This document shows positions 40,701 to 48,475 of a DNA stretch of 64,000 nucleotides, piece after piece. The notes beneath the pieces were generated by a model, which ran no database searches, was not told where the DNA came from, and saw only the letters and a program-made list of their open reading frames with translations. The position numbers and the translations under genes were made by a program. Position 1 is the stretch's first letter, and each line of letters starts with the position of its first letter. Origin of the DNA: a virus (Duplodnaviria; Caudoviricetes); the IMG/VR virus record IMGVR_UViG_2974646296_000001, positions 4,965-68,964 of that record; one strand, 5' to 3'.

Positions 40701-40804
40701 ACATAACTAGTAGAACGTAAGGAGGCTAATGCCTCCTCACTTACTTTACTCAGATTTTGATTAGTACTTGCTGACAAGGATTCTAGAAAATCAATGCTTG
40801 GCAT
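31736..40804 (-). CDS. Virion-encapsidated RNA polymerase (N4 gp50-like), 3022 aa
   Basis: EVDGITNG, RNIAKNPLMTSIYG, NVHDA motifs; I saw no cysteine on reading; very large - strand ORF. Confidence 0.97.
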   Translation of the reverse strand: MPSIDFLESLSASTNQNLSKVSEEALASLRSTSYVESAQQAAAQEAQRRQALLAEDTDNPLSYLTNVAATALAGVSETVGYVVSAPIGLGTMDLLTVSDEAKAAYIRYRNAKDSGTTYEGIDKDEALLNQKVKRKVTSTGTMSNTYTYGVDVAPEAQSVEREGSKTNLEAIEYGLGAANLQKDIKDFFNLESIVNKENQDVITKAAEVADAKFAATLDTAISKIKEGKVLDGVSDIAAGAADAVFDTFDKVEDPLAAAKAVGELTAEVIGDVALGLLGKTGSALQIVSSIGYGSDAFATAIVDFHEKNGRLPTTEELQKQLKLASSLTLAEQAGDLFALDALTKGRKALDAAAKVSTTSLTEAATEAYQTIVEESLIKLEEPNYKGAFTSGLMGALAGGGAASVRPTIEAAKAVTGKAGEAVSNKVKNTEFVQKRKVQKEAIETGNLEPVTNTESPTFDLNTSVDTLSKRNQVEGVTPEERTQNYETAKEQVLSKQAELVQLTNEYVELESKTERTPEEQTRLQELDTLVPKLEESISKAAPIVRAMRPTVVNAEQVSNDIEAATKNDTEAARRVFGSFRDNPTSLSESQAIALAEADNGLSEEENQILKTYAEVQKNLRTFSQVSDNIINGGTDPQTKRKMLGIKDYQNMILSGDEAIKTKGLEGLKLFAERQTSKATQLEDALVKATNTGKPVQVGSLKISNNSKRLVSKVREEANLLNQVYQQYSSIPSVEPAVQSPTEEVTTEQPIVDTVSEQTVEEVTQPQQPEVVSETVEQVTDTPVQPSVVTPVEAEASPVTTTVEPALDITEDKDYSLAKELTSKEGNLVSEYFKPSNKQSALNKIANFSSKLKLDTENILKQFYGSVVPTGAMEVATEFTKFNDSFGKALDEIFAVKKEFIGNDFTQYLVDESGNLPENVKTAMAAGAYQWIVSSGKESNYQSEESMRGLLGLSDEDYVEPELYNLIPKGVRFQSVVNSMGTAAFKTLNLKLDNNAPIDAQTNLETSLGLWAYSALENSGVLNEAESVTGAQIKSLYGSEAPDSIKKLGDRTTFQLVQLDLTNDIDNIFAANKKQSSFMQDVFGSSYERPMPSFKPVKGNLKVAKSVQQVPESQKRVLEADQAKPYFFRENTVQTFFGFNSELQKEMMGYVSNLDTVIDVNKPSVEGKNRSIERELEIAQEWYEEVQDKGINTPFYLEHTVWKQGRMGIGNKFNPQASKIHRYLVNREWNTTFTFGSPEENFFLLAVGEGLDVEVPKFGSDQNGLASDKALEEVQKQLAKPKVRNAIDAMKDVLRLSGERELTVELQTVIADGVKAIGTNMKGYLSIVAMAEYELAKESDATEFTHNLAREVDGITNGVAITTLQFASDNVEAMFNMLQRMGIYNSNITYNEWIANPANQDSYKTLARDWEKAIQLKAMEDAKYAKDYNVVSKLFGSFIKVNELTGKEEVTKQGRNIAKNPLMTSIYGASIGTIADNIGSQGIEKVYERLEAVYKGLIERTLTQEAARAEVNEVLSIVNYLTGSKRVIRNTKDLKEFKLRPNEVKNFKKVVSGIYQNPLKEAMDKEYKVSFDSRNKLNAATNLAHALFVNMYNKRKAEILKQTGNKQLTVEEEKNLVESLKTVTPIVNTATSKISSKDLTKQLETGLMLSGYEMTPITDRSVQVTINPKNLKSGKKSRTTNGQLRTYSEPGAAAIPTMTQSIDAAVQLVIMNIARILNVHDAAYIAGSAFKAIKEAYNKGFLLVNSLYSIPQEIGVMLNRVVTGFDGDIKELEEPIIKAAKTVLGRDAKWVAQRGLQQTLNDINSFITSLGQDHVNNKNKVMNNIVRSEQYSNGEDSAYVRPTNNLGSSAYNDIRNDFTFDEARRIDGYNSEQVFDELQQVSLIKDEPEHLEYLRGVLNNVVNKVVQPFDLHLGASDQTETIGATDGVDMFIVNQTQGSQPLSGSLANGIRMSASEVFVHELVHNVSMFGIDNKYAERNELYKLWLQAKKVVTVRDFMNDPSMLESDPRFADEYQAAEQRYKHVFEPKRDNVVNGRAKSNYLHEFVALGLTNNNFRKALSKIEYQNKASELNTAAGSLGRLVQGIYNWFNKLLNTLNAKLLGTYGKPVDQQLAQLFQSFAGIDSSNKAQLRKHMERVTEVFTKPVQEVINRVQPGIERNLVQPLDKFKKLTKKQIKEAVKNGKVQTVTEITNETYNKLRQSNSTAANLFLSLVTESKGRFNAVAVLHDMKRLANKNIDRYRMQVRNNYRTTINEAFAEKLTVQEKDALSYAFLKTDITSLFNDFSQDQIIELMRDKQYLAQTIQQYETNLNQYTGYTAFYIRQAKNLGKFMITGVSSIPNGLMNAKNIADAIGTPRTMPTFARQAEPTIDVLASLYAISNLSDNHRRLINGLASKEVSRTDGGNGITFTMNLMKEFRSKTLEEFRENSRHIQKGFMTDKVNPDIAIKVGTIDDQEEFEAQGYAIGSALPKDPSDPDTETKYLFVNGHGGQPANIGGVAYLLNDAARGTSVTLNTTGSFNGSRTGTLDTWKTKNAKKVSANWNKRTLDSTTYAVPLVNEAGEIVDYRYVMNDNTKNDILQRDTSFDDVMGIMFSGLAVKNDIKKENKELVKVLKEMYTNTPNKAEFIEISPQSTNEEYREIFRLLPEDMKEEIRKVWGSDSMLVRKDSVDLLFGYHKYTAANLWKLSKAERGLVQEAFVMFVNMIFGKKAAMRVRQGEELLEALAKTVKDIIVIKTGIVTLGNMVSNMVLLKMMGVSIKDIIVGHKDSFVAMREYKKLNQETEQVRLKLSNANLTRAQRSVYESKLVQLEDRLANNPVIDLIDAGLLSTIVEDVDTEVQEYKLSQRIKRKYAETSWAERLEDATNRIPNSVKDVFKEALVMQGSNLYDFLSEAAQFSDFGARYVLFQHMTKNKGIAKDEAAGQVMDIFIDYDLPTHKGIQYLNDLGLLMFSKYLVRVQRIIAKTFLENPARALSIMLLQNFFGDVPDIMDSTMIIETNPLTRLANPVESFINAAPDIITAKVFS

Positions 40805-42072
40805 TACTGAGTTCCTTTTAAAATATTTTCATTAGTTTTTTGGTTCTTTATAGCATCACGTAACCGTAATACTTCCTTGGATTTCATATTACTTAATTCA
40901 ATCTGCTTTTGTCGAATACTCTTTAAGTTCTCTTGAGCATTCTTTGCATCTTGCCCATAAGCAAAGTATTCAATAGCAGTATTCTTAAGTTTATTTTTAA
41001 TCTGTGAAGTCGAACCAAGAGCAATACCACCATCAGCTGTAACTGGTGCACTCATAACCAAATGGGTAACCACATCATCAGGAATTCGGTTATATTTTTT
41101 AGCTTCTGCTTCAGGAATACCTAAAGCTATTAAGCCATTACGAACTTCTTTCAGTACATCCTTGTCATTCTTAAGGTCATCAAACTTATTGGTAATGTCT
41201 TCACCTTCGTATTCACCACCTAAGAAATCAGGCCATGATAAAGATGCCTTATCCGGTGCAAATTTGTTAATGTACTGACTTAGTGTTAACTGACTACGTA
41301 AGTTAGTTGTATCTCTTAATGGGTCTTTCTGAATAATAGCTTCCTGTTGTGCAGCAGAATCCAATAGGTTTTGTTGTTCAACTTGGAAAGCAGATTCAAT
41401 ACCCTGAATACCGGTATCGAATAGAACCTTACCTTCTGGTGTAAGTTGGTTCATGTACTGTAGTTGATTCATAGCATTGGTTCGTATAGCACTTTTAACT
41501 TCGATTGGTTTACCTTGAATCAAAGCTTCAACACCTTGACGAATTTCTTCTTGAGATTTACCTCCAAGTAAACCTTCAGAAATAAATGCATCAACAGTAG
41601 TAGCTGTACTTTTAATATCATTATCTAATGCTTTACGAGCCAACATATCATCACGTTGTTCAAGTTTAATAGTGCGGTCTAGTTCCTTATCTTTATCTGC
41701 ATAGATAAGGTCATCTTGGTAATCAAATGCTTTAAACAATTCACTACGGTTAACCTTATCACCATACTTAAGAAGTAAGTCATCAAAGGAAGTATTCTGA
41801 TATTGTTCAATTGTTTTGATACCTCTAATTGCTTCTAAAGCTCTTTGAGTATTATCAGCAATTGTTTTCTCTTCTTCCTGTTTTAGCTTTAGTTCAGCTT
41901 CTTGTGCTTCTTTGGTAATTCTATCTTCTTCAGCAATGTTAGCTGTCCGTTGAGCTGAACCAATGTTAGTTAACCCTTGGAATGCTCTATCAAAAGATTC
42001 ACCAGCATCAGCTAAACCTTGTTGTACACCTCCAAATGAAGGTGCATCAATATTACGCCAAGTAATTGCCAT
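40804..42072 (-). CDS. Virion protein (N4 gp51 position)
   Basis: MAITWRNI start; synteny. Confidence 0.7.
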   Translation of the reverse strand: MAITWRNIDAPSFGGVQQGLADAGESFDRAFQGLTNIGSAQRTANIAEEDRITKEAQEAELKLKQEEEKTIADNTQRALEAIRGIKTIEQYQNTSFDDLLLKYGDKVNRSELFKAFDYQDDLIYADKDKELDRTIKLEQRDDMLARKALDNDIKSTATTVDAFISEGLLGGKSQEEIRQGVEALIQGKPIEVKSAIRTNAMNQLQYMNQLTPEGKVLFDTGIQGIESAFQVEQQNLLDSAAQQEAIIQKDPLRDTTNLRSQLTLSQYINKFAPDKASLSWPDFLGGEYEGEDITNKFDDLKNDKDVLKEVRNGLIALGIPEAEAKKYNRIPDDVVTHLVMSAPVTADGGIALGSTSQIKNKLKNTAIEYFAYGQDAKNAQENLKSIRQKQIELSNMKSKEVLRLRDAIKNQKTNENILKGTQ

Positions 42073-42074
42073 AA

Positions 42075-42482
42075 TTATTTAACTCCACTGGTATTGATGA
42101 ACTCAGTCTTGTCCATCGGGTTCTGCCCATAAGCAGCTCTACGAGCTACATCACGGTCATACAATTGTTGGTTAGTTAGTTGTACTTGGTTCGACCAGTT
42201 CTTAGCAAATGCATCTTTCTGGAATGCTAATTGTTGTTTAGCTAAATCTAGTTGTTGCATACCTAACCAAGCATTAGCAGCAGTCCCTAAACCTTGTACA
42301 GTAGGTGAGAACCAACCAGTACTTTCACCATTACCAAACATGTTGGTCTTATCTGTAGCACTCCCCATCCAATTACGGAAAGAATCTAATAAACTAGTAT
42401 CTTGTGGTGTATTGCCAAAATTAAATTCAGGAGTCTTGTATTGTAATTCTAGGCTAGGAAATGCCCATTGATTTTCGTTCAT
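42075..42482 (-). CDS. Structural protein (N4 gp52-like)
   Basis: NAWLGMQQLDLAKQQLAFQKDAF...WSNQ; synteny. Confidence 0.75.
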   Translation of the reverse strand: MNENQWAFPSLELQYKTPEFNFGNTPQDTSLLDSFRNWMGSATDKTNMFGNGESTGWFSPTVQGLGTAANAWLGMQQLDLAKQQLAFQKDAFAKNWSNQVQLTNQQLYDRDVARRAAYGQNPMDKTEFINTSGVK

Positions 42483-42491
42483 ATGTATTCC

Positions 42492-44600
42492 TTAACTTGT
42501 TCTTAAAGTAAGCATATTATCTACAAAGTTACTCACAGCATCAATTGTAAGAATACCGGGATTAACTAACTCTATTTTACGTTGAAGATACATTTCTGAA
42601 CTTTCATTTGGAAACATACCTATATCTGTGTACAAACCAATTGGGTCTAAGATATTTGTTTTATTGGTTTGTAGTTCTTCTTGCACTGAAAATAGTTCAT
42701 CAAACTTTAAACCATAGTACTCTTGTAATGCTGTTAATTCATCTTGAATACCAATAGCTTCTTCTTGGATTACTTGACCAACTCCTTGACCTAAACCAGT
42801 ACCAACATTTAAAAATATATCTGCATTAGGTAATGAGTTAAGACTGGCAATGGAACCACCAATAACTAGAACCAAAGCTAATACAAATGCTAAGTCTATT
42901 CCTAATGCTTCAGCTACTTTCTCAAAGCTATATTTAAATACATAACTAGTTAAATATAATTCAGCAATAAAAATACCTAGACTAATTACACCAGCAGTAG
43001 CAGCACTAATTAAACCAGTAATAAATGAAGCAGCACCCCCAGTATAAATACTAATAGCAATCACAAGTACAATAGTAAAAACTTTAAAAATACCTGTTTG
43101 ATACCATTTAAGTTTAATTTTCTCATAAGCATTTAAAACCAAATTAAAACACTTATAGTATAAATCATCTCTATCCCATAGTTTCATTTGATTAATAATA
43201 GAGATGTTTAAGGGTATGATAAAACTTTCTGTATTAGCAGAATCTAGTGTAGTTATCTCATCCCTATTTACACCGTATATATTATTAAAATGCACTAAAC
43301 CAGTAATGATTAACTCACTGTAAGTGTTAGTAGTTATTTGTTTTTTAAGTACTACTCTGTTATCTGGAGATTCAGTTGTATAACTGACATTATCATTCTC
43401 AAAAGTAATGTCTTGGTTACCTGAATAAACTTCTTTAATTACTTTACCAATCTTAGTTAAGTTACCTACTTTAATTTCACGAGTAATGTAGTAATACATT
43501 ATCTTAGTTTTGTAGGTATCATCTTCTATTTGTATAACATTTACGGGTGGTGTGGTTTTTTCAGTTTCACTAGAAAACCAATTATCAAAATCAGTTTTAG
43601 TAAAAATATTTCTGTCATGTAAATCATTAAAGTATTCATATAAATATTCATTACCCACATCCGATTCAACTCTGATTGGGTAACCAAATACAAAGTAAGC
43701 ATGGTCTAATGAACCAATATCAGGACTAGCATTAATACTTTCTCTTAATTGGTTCGCATCAATATCTACATACTTAAGTATCTTTACACTGGTTCTATAT
43801 AAATCAGTTGTCAGATTAGGATCTAACATATCTTGGTTCTGTATACGTACAGGAACAATAGGTAAGTACTGAGTGTACTTAGAGTATTCAGGTAATTTTA
43901 ATTCTACATAGATATCTTCAGCAGCGTTGTAAATCCAATAATAAGGATTACCTATAGCATCTTCTGTATCTTTATCTACGATGTTGTATGTAACCATGTA
44001 ATACAGTTCATCCGTAATACTAGGTACAGCGGGAATTGTAATACTGTAAACATTTGGTTCAGGTGATAAATCATTTTGTTCATTAAAATTAAGTTTAATC
44101 AGGTTTTCAGATAAAACATCAAAACCAGCATAAACTAAATTATTTGTACCAATACCGGGTACTGTAGTTACATAGTTATCTTTATAGTTCCAATCTGTAT
44201 TTCCCCTTAACCATTTGAAACCATAGAAAGCAGGATTGATTTCACCAATTACATAACTAATTAAACTTACTTCTTCATTAGGCTGTAAGGTTAATACATA
44301 GTTAGTAAGTACATCTATTACTGCATCGGCATCAGCTTTAAAGTAACCAAATGAACCTTCGGGCAATCCATTGGTAAAATCTGTAATACCATACTTATAG
44401 TACCTATTCACTCTACTGGATAATCTGTTTAGTGTTGTATCCATTAAGTTAGGTACAATCTCTTTGTTACCAAGTATTGAATTGGTTACTGATTGTTTAA
44501 CAACATCAGGTGTATCCTCAATTAGTGATACTGTCTGACTGTATGTATATATCCTAGTCTTACTAAATAATCCCATAATAAAAAAGGGATGGTTATCCAT
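42492..44600 (-). CDS. Virion protein (N4 gp53-like)
   Basis: MGLFSK likely start; C-terminal hydrophobic region; synteny. Confidence 0.7.
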   Translation of the reverse strand: MDNHPFFIMGLFSKTRIYTYSQTVSLIEDTPDVVKQSVTNSILGNKEIVPNLMDTTLNRLSSRVNRYYKYGITDFTNGLPEGSFGYFKADADAVIDVLTNYVLTLQPNEEVSLISYVIGEINPAFYGFKWLRGNTDWNYKDNYVTTVPGIGTNNLVYAGFDVLSENLIKLNFNEQNDLSPEPNVYSITIPAVPSITDELYYMVTYNIVDKDTEDAIGNPYYWIYNAAEDIYVELKLPEYSKYTQYLPIVPVRIQNQDMLDPNLTTDLYRTSVKILKYVDIDANQLRESINASPDIGSLDHAYFVFGYPIRVESDVGNEYLYEYFNDLHDRNIFTKTDFDNWFSSETEKTTPPVNVIQIEDDTYKTKIMYYYITREIKVGNLTKIGKVIKEVYSGNQDITFENDNVSYTTESPDNRVVLKKQITTNTYSELIITGLVHFNNIYGVNRDEITTLDSANTESFIIPLNISIINQMKLWDRDDLYYKCFNLVLNAYEKIKLKWYQTGIFKVFTIVLVIAISIYTGGAASFITGLISAATAGVISLGIFIAELYLTSYVFKYSFEKVAEALGIDLAFVLALVLVIGGSIASLNSLPNADIFLNVGTGLGQGVGQVIQEEAIGIQDELTALQEYYGLKFDELFSVQEELQTNKTNILDPIGLYTDIGMFPNESSEMYLQRKIELVNPGILTIDAVSNFVDNMLTLRTS

Positions 44601-44622
44601 CCCTCCTCCAATTAAGTACCTA

Positions 44623-45099
44623 TTAAATAGGTGATTTAATTTGTGTAATCAGTTCATCATATCGTGTACTGATTGCATCATTGGTGAATGCACTTGGTGG
44701 TGTAATTGCTTCATCAGTTGAACGTTGTACGTTCCAAACATCTACAGCAATCTTAGCAGCTTTATTAAATGCATCATCTTTAAAACCTTTAATCTGCGCG
44801 GCATATACTTGTTTCTGTTTACCAATTAAACCAGTAACAGGTACACCATCAACTGTATCAGAAATCTGAGCTTGTTCAGTTTTAACTTTCTGGTCAGTTA
44901 GAATACCTTGAAGACTATAACCTACTGCTTGAGTTAAAGCTAAGTTAGTCATCGCAATATAAGCTTCAGCATAGTTGTCACCAGTAATACGACCAGCAGT
45001 TACTTCACCTTGTAGATGTAGTTTAAGTACCTGCATGAACTTATCAAAGATACCGTCACCATCAATTATACCAGTCGTAATATTAGTTACATCAGTCAT
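44623..45099 (-). CDS. Structural protein (N4 gp54-like)
   Basis: GDGIFD...GRITG...GLIGKQKQVYAAQIKGF. Confidence 0.8.
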   Translation of the reverse strand: MTDVTNITTGIIDGDGIFDKFMQVLKLHLQGEVTAGRITGDNYAEAYIAMTNLALTQAVGYSLQGILTDQKVKTEQAQISDTVDGVPVTGLIGKQKQVYAAQIKGFKDDAFNKAAKIAVDVWNVQRSTDEAITPPSAFTNDAISTRYDELITQIKSPI

Positions 45100-45101
45100 A
45101 G

Positions 45102-45701
45102 TTAGTTACCTGCATATTGGTTTGGTGCACTAATAGAATAACCAAGTGCTTTCTGAGTTTCTGCTAACTCTTTCAACTCTTCAGGAGTTAATGGAGGTAG
45201 TTCTACAATGTCAAATGCTTTACCAATTTGAACATCATCTAGAGTACTATGTTGATGCCCTTTATCTACTTGGCGAACATTCTTAATACAAGTTTTACGT
45301 TTAAGAATATCAACTACGATACGGGGAATATGCCATACAACATCTTGTGTACCATTGTAAGGAACAAACACACGGAATGTGCCAATGATAGAGTTACCTA
45401 CTGTAATGAATTCACCTTTACGTGATTTACGCATCGGGTCATGACAAATAACATTACAACGAACCAACTTCATAGCTTCTTCACGAATCTGTTTAGCAGT
45501 TTTCTTAACTACATTAGTAGATTCTTTTACTTCTTCTTTTGGTTCTAGAGCTTCTGCTAGAAGCTTCTTAAGAGTTTCAAGGTTAGCATTATGATGAAAT
45601 TTAACCTTCATCATAGTTAGCTGTTCTTTAATACGTACTAGTTCTTCTTTTTCTAATTCTTTATCTAGGTTTAGTTCTTCTGACATGGTGTTATCTCTCA
45701 A
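45102..45701 (-). CDS. Conserved protein (N4 gp55-like)
   Basis: REEAMKLVRC...GEFITVGN...LPPLTPEELKELA. Confidence 0.8.
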   Translation of the reverse strand: MRDNTMSEELNLDKELEKEELVRIKEQLTMMKVKFHHNANLETLKKLLAEALEPKEEVKESTNVVKKTAKQIREEAMKLVRCNVICHDPMRKSRKGEFITVGNSIIGTFRVFVPYNGTQDVVWHIPRIVVDILKRKTCIKNVRQVDKGHQHSTLDDVQIGKAFDIVELPPLTPEELKELAETQKALGYSISAPNQYAGN

Positions 45702-45712
45702 TAGTTAAAATA

Positions 45713-45730
45713 GAGTCCCCGAAGGGACTC
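45713..45730 (-). terminator. Terminator after the capsid gene
   Basis: On the - strand GAGTCCC-TTCG-GGGACTC then TATTTT. Confidence 0.8.
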
Positions 45731-45742
45731 ATTTAATTTAAA

Positions 45743-47056
45743 TTACTTCTCGCCAAGAGTCCACAATACTGCAATCCATTCTGGACGCTCTACTAGCATA
45801 CCATGTACCCACTGTAGTGAGTGGAAACCAGATTGACCATATGGGTCTGTACGGTCAGCAGTTTCCATACCCGGCAGTTTAGTAATCATCTTGAAGTTAC
45901 CCTTACCCCCGAATGCACCCTCTGGAGCAAAACCTAGGTGAGAGAATGCTTCAGATGCTACAGCAAGCATTGGGTAAGCATTGTAGTACTGTTTAGCAGT
46001 ATCAGTGTTAGCTGGGTTATTTGGGTTGCCTGTGAAACCAGCGGAGGTTGCGTAAGTAGAATCACCACCTACGTCTTCTGCACCAATTGCATTGTACTCA
46101 GGCATCTCAGGTACAACAATGATACGGAAACCGGCAATAGAACCAATCTCACCACGTAGTACTTGCGTACCAGCAGCAGCATACTTCTCTACTGGAATAA
46201 ACACAGGATTACCAGCAGCATCTTTCATGTTACGCATTTGCATCTCTAATGGATAACCAACATAGAGAGCATAACCTGAACCAATGATTACTGAATCAAT
46301 CTTACCAGTGCCTTTAGATGCCATTAGACGGTTAGGTGCACGGTTCTCTTTAAGAGTTAGCGCTAGACGTTGTAGATCTTTGTAAGTAACTACAGAAGCA
46401 TTTGAACCACCTTCAGCAGTAAATGCAGTTAGACTTACAGCACCACCAGTAAAGATTTCTACACCAGCAGCTTTAATCAAGTCGATACCAATCATATCTT
46501 CTTGGATTTCCATTGCACCACGCATAGATTCTTTCATCAGGTGACGTAGCAATGCTGGGTCATCATCAAAGTGTAGAGACTCTTTGGTAAACTCAGAGAA
46601 GAAACCAAGACGATATGCAGTACCTTCTAGTTCTAGACGAGTAAAACCAACACGGTTTACACGGCCACCAATCTCAGTAAGAGTAGGTAGTTTACCTTCA
46701 ATGATACCAATGTCTTTACTTGAGCCATATAGGTTACCAGAACCAGCAGTAGTAGAAGCTACACCAGCAGCATTAATACCTTGTGTTGATACGTTACGAT
46801 CATCCAACAGAGGCATATAGTGATGTTTCTTAATCTTCTTACCTGAGTTAGCAGGAAGATTAACTACAGAACCCATTTGAGAGAAATAACGTTCTTTCTC
46901 TAGTTCTTCTAGAGCTTCACGAATATAAACATCCAAACGGATTTGGGAACCAATAGAAGATTTATCAGCTTGTACAACTTGACCACCAGATACTGCCCAG
47001 TGGGGGGAGTTATAAATCATTTGTCCAGTATTTGAACCAACAGATGGTAATGCCAT
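45743..47056 (-). CDS. Major capsid protein (N4 gp56-like)
   Basis: GKKIKKHHYMPLLDDRN, LPTLTEIGGRVNRVGFTR, DPYG; ATG at 47056 follows an AAAGGTGA RBS. Confidence 0.95.
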   Translation of the reverse strand: MALPSVGSNTGQMIYNSPHWAVSGGQVVQADKSSIGSQIRLDVYIREALEELEKERYFSQMGSVVNLPANSGKKIKKHHYMPLLDDRNVSTQGINAAGVASTTAGSGNLYGSSKDIGIIEGKLPTLTEIGGRVNRVGFTRLELEGTAYRLGFFSEFTKESLHFDDDPALLRHLMKESMRGAMEIQEDMIGIDLIKAAGVEIFTGGAVSLTAFTAEGGSNASVVTYKDLQRLALTLKENRAPNRLMASKGTGKIDSVIIGSGYALYVGYPLEMQMRNMKDAAGNPVFIPVEKYAAAGTQVLRGEIGSIAGFRIIVVPEMPEYNAIGAEDVGGDSTYATSAGFTGNPNNPANTDTAKQYYNAYPMLAVASEAFSHLGFAPEGAFGGKGNFKMITKLPGMETADRTDPYGQSGFHSLQWVHGMLVERPEWIAVLWTLGEK

Positions 47057-47068
47057 AGTATTCACCTT

Positions 47069-48160
47069 TTACTTTAAATATTTCTTTTTAAACGTTTCCG
47101 AATCCAAAGCAAAAATATCTTCGAATTGTTCAGTCACAGTACTTTGTTTAGCTTTAGGTTTACCCGCAGCTAGTTTATCTTTTTTAACTGTTTCACTTGG
47201 TTTTCGAATGGGTGGTACTACTGCATTGGCCTTTAGCTGATTAATCTGTTGACCTAATTGCGCGTTAGGTGCAGATGAATTATTACCTTGAGCATACAGT
47301 TCATCACCAACAAGTTTATAAGCTACGATGGCAGGTGTTCCTACTGGAATTGACCCAAGCATCTTACGCCTTTCTACTTCCGCAGTGACAGCATCAAACA
47401 TACCATTACCCATATGCGAATTAATTACTTCAATGAGTGCAGGTGTTTGTTGAATCATCTTACGAGATTCAGCATCCCATTCTTTACCTAGAACATTGAC
47501 TGTACGTGCATACGTAGGAGTGTGTTCAATTTGTTTGAGAGCTTCATCTACATTTAATTCTGTTTCACTTACCGAATAATTCTTAGGGGAATATTGACTA
47601 TTCTTTTCATCAACAATTTCCTCTAAATCCAAATCCGAAATAAGTTTATTAATAGCTTGAGGATTTTTATTTAATAAGTCAATAGCAAAACTTAATTGAC
47701 TTTCATCCATTAAATTATGTTTCTCAAGCATCGCAATAACTTTACGAGCAGGTTTAAGTGCTTCCATATTCTTATAATAGCCAGCACCTAATTGAATTAA
47801 CTTCTCTGCTTCTTCAATTGAATTAATTGTAATTTCACGACCATTAGCTTTAATAGGTGTACCAATTAATTTTTTATATTCTTGTTCATAATTAATTGAA
47901 GATTCTTCAGATGACTCAGTAGTCTCTCCCTGTTCTTCAGTTTCTTCCTCATCTGATAATTCATCATCAGCACCTTCAACATCAATAAATTCTTCAGATT
48001 CTTCTTGAGCTTCTTCTACCTGTTCATCAAGAGTTGAGTCTACCTTTTCGGTAGACTCTTCTTCAGAAACTTCTGAACCAATAGTAGATAAATCTAAGTT
48101 AGCAAACTCATCAGAACCCATAGAGAAAATATCTACAGTTTCATTTGTTTGGTCACTCAT
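47069..48160 (-). CDS. N4 gp57-like protein (acidic N-terminus)
   Basis: PIKANGREI...QLGAGY; between portal and capsid. Confidence 0.8.
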   Translation of the reverse strand: MSDQTNETVDIFSMGSDEFANLDLSTIGSEVSEEESTEKVDSTLDEQVEEAQEESEEFIDVEGADDELSDEEETEEQGETTESSEESSINYEQEYKKLIGTPIKANGREITINSIEEAEKLIQLGAGYYKNMEALKPARKVIAMLEKHNLMDESQLSFAIDLLNKNPQAINKLISDLDLEEIVDEKNSQYSPKNYSVSETELNVDEALKQIEHTPTYARTVNVLGKEWDAESRKMIQQTPALIEVINSHMGNGMFDAVTAEVERRKMLGSIPVGTPAIVAYKLVGDELYAQGNNSSAPNAQLGQQINQLKANAVVPPIRKPSETVKKDKLAAGKPKAKQSTVTEQFEDIFALDSETFKKKYLK

Positions 48161-48163
48161 CTA

Positions 48164-48475
48164 TTAGCCCTCGTACTCTTGATTGAATTCAGATTCAGGA
48201 ATTTCTTCTGCTTGTGCTAATTCAGCTTTGGCAATTTCACCTTCACGCTGAATATAATCCAAATGCTGTTTGAACCAAGCAACAGATTTAACTGTAGTCA
48301 AACCAGCTTCTTTCAATACTTCATGACCACTAATAATTTGCTTACCACCATCAAGAGCTTCTTTATCTAGAAGTTCCATCAACAGTTTAAATGCTTTATT
48401 AGATTGAAGCTTAGCAATTGATTCTGATTTCTCAACAATTACTTTACGTGATTCAATATATTGGTTCTTATCCAT
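48164..48475 (-). CDS. N4 gp58-position protein
   Basis: Synteny. Confidence 0.65.
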   Translation of the reverse strand: MDKNQYIESRKVIVEKSESIAKLQSNKAFKLLMELLDKEALDGGKQIISGHEVLKEAGLTTVKSVAWFKQHLDYIQREGEIAKAELAQAEEIPESEFNQEYEG

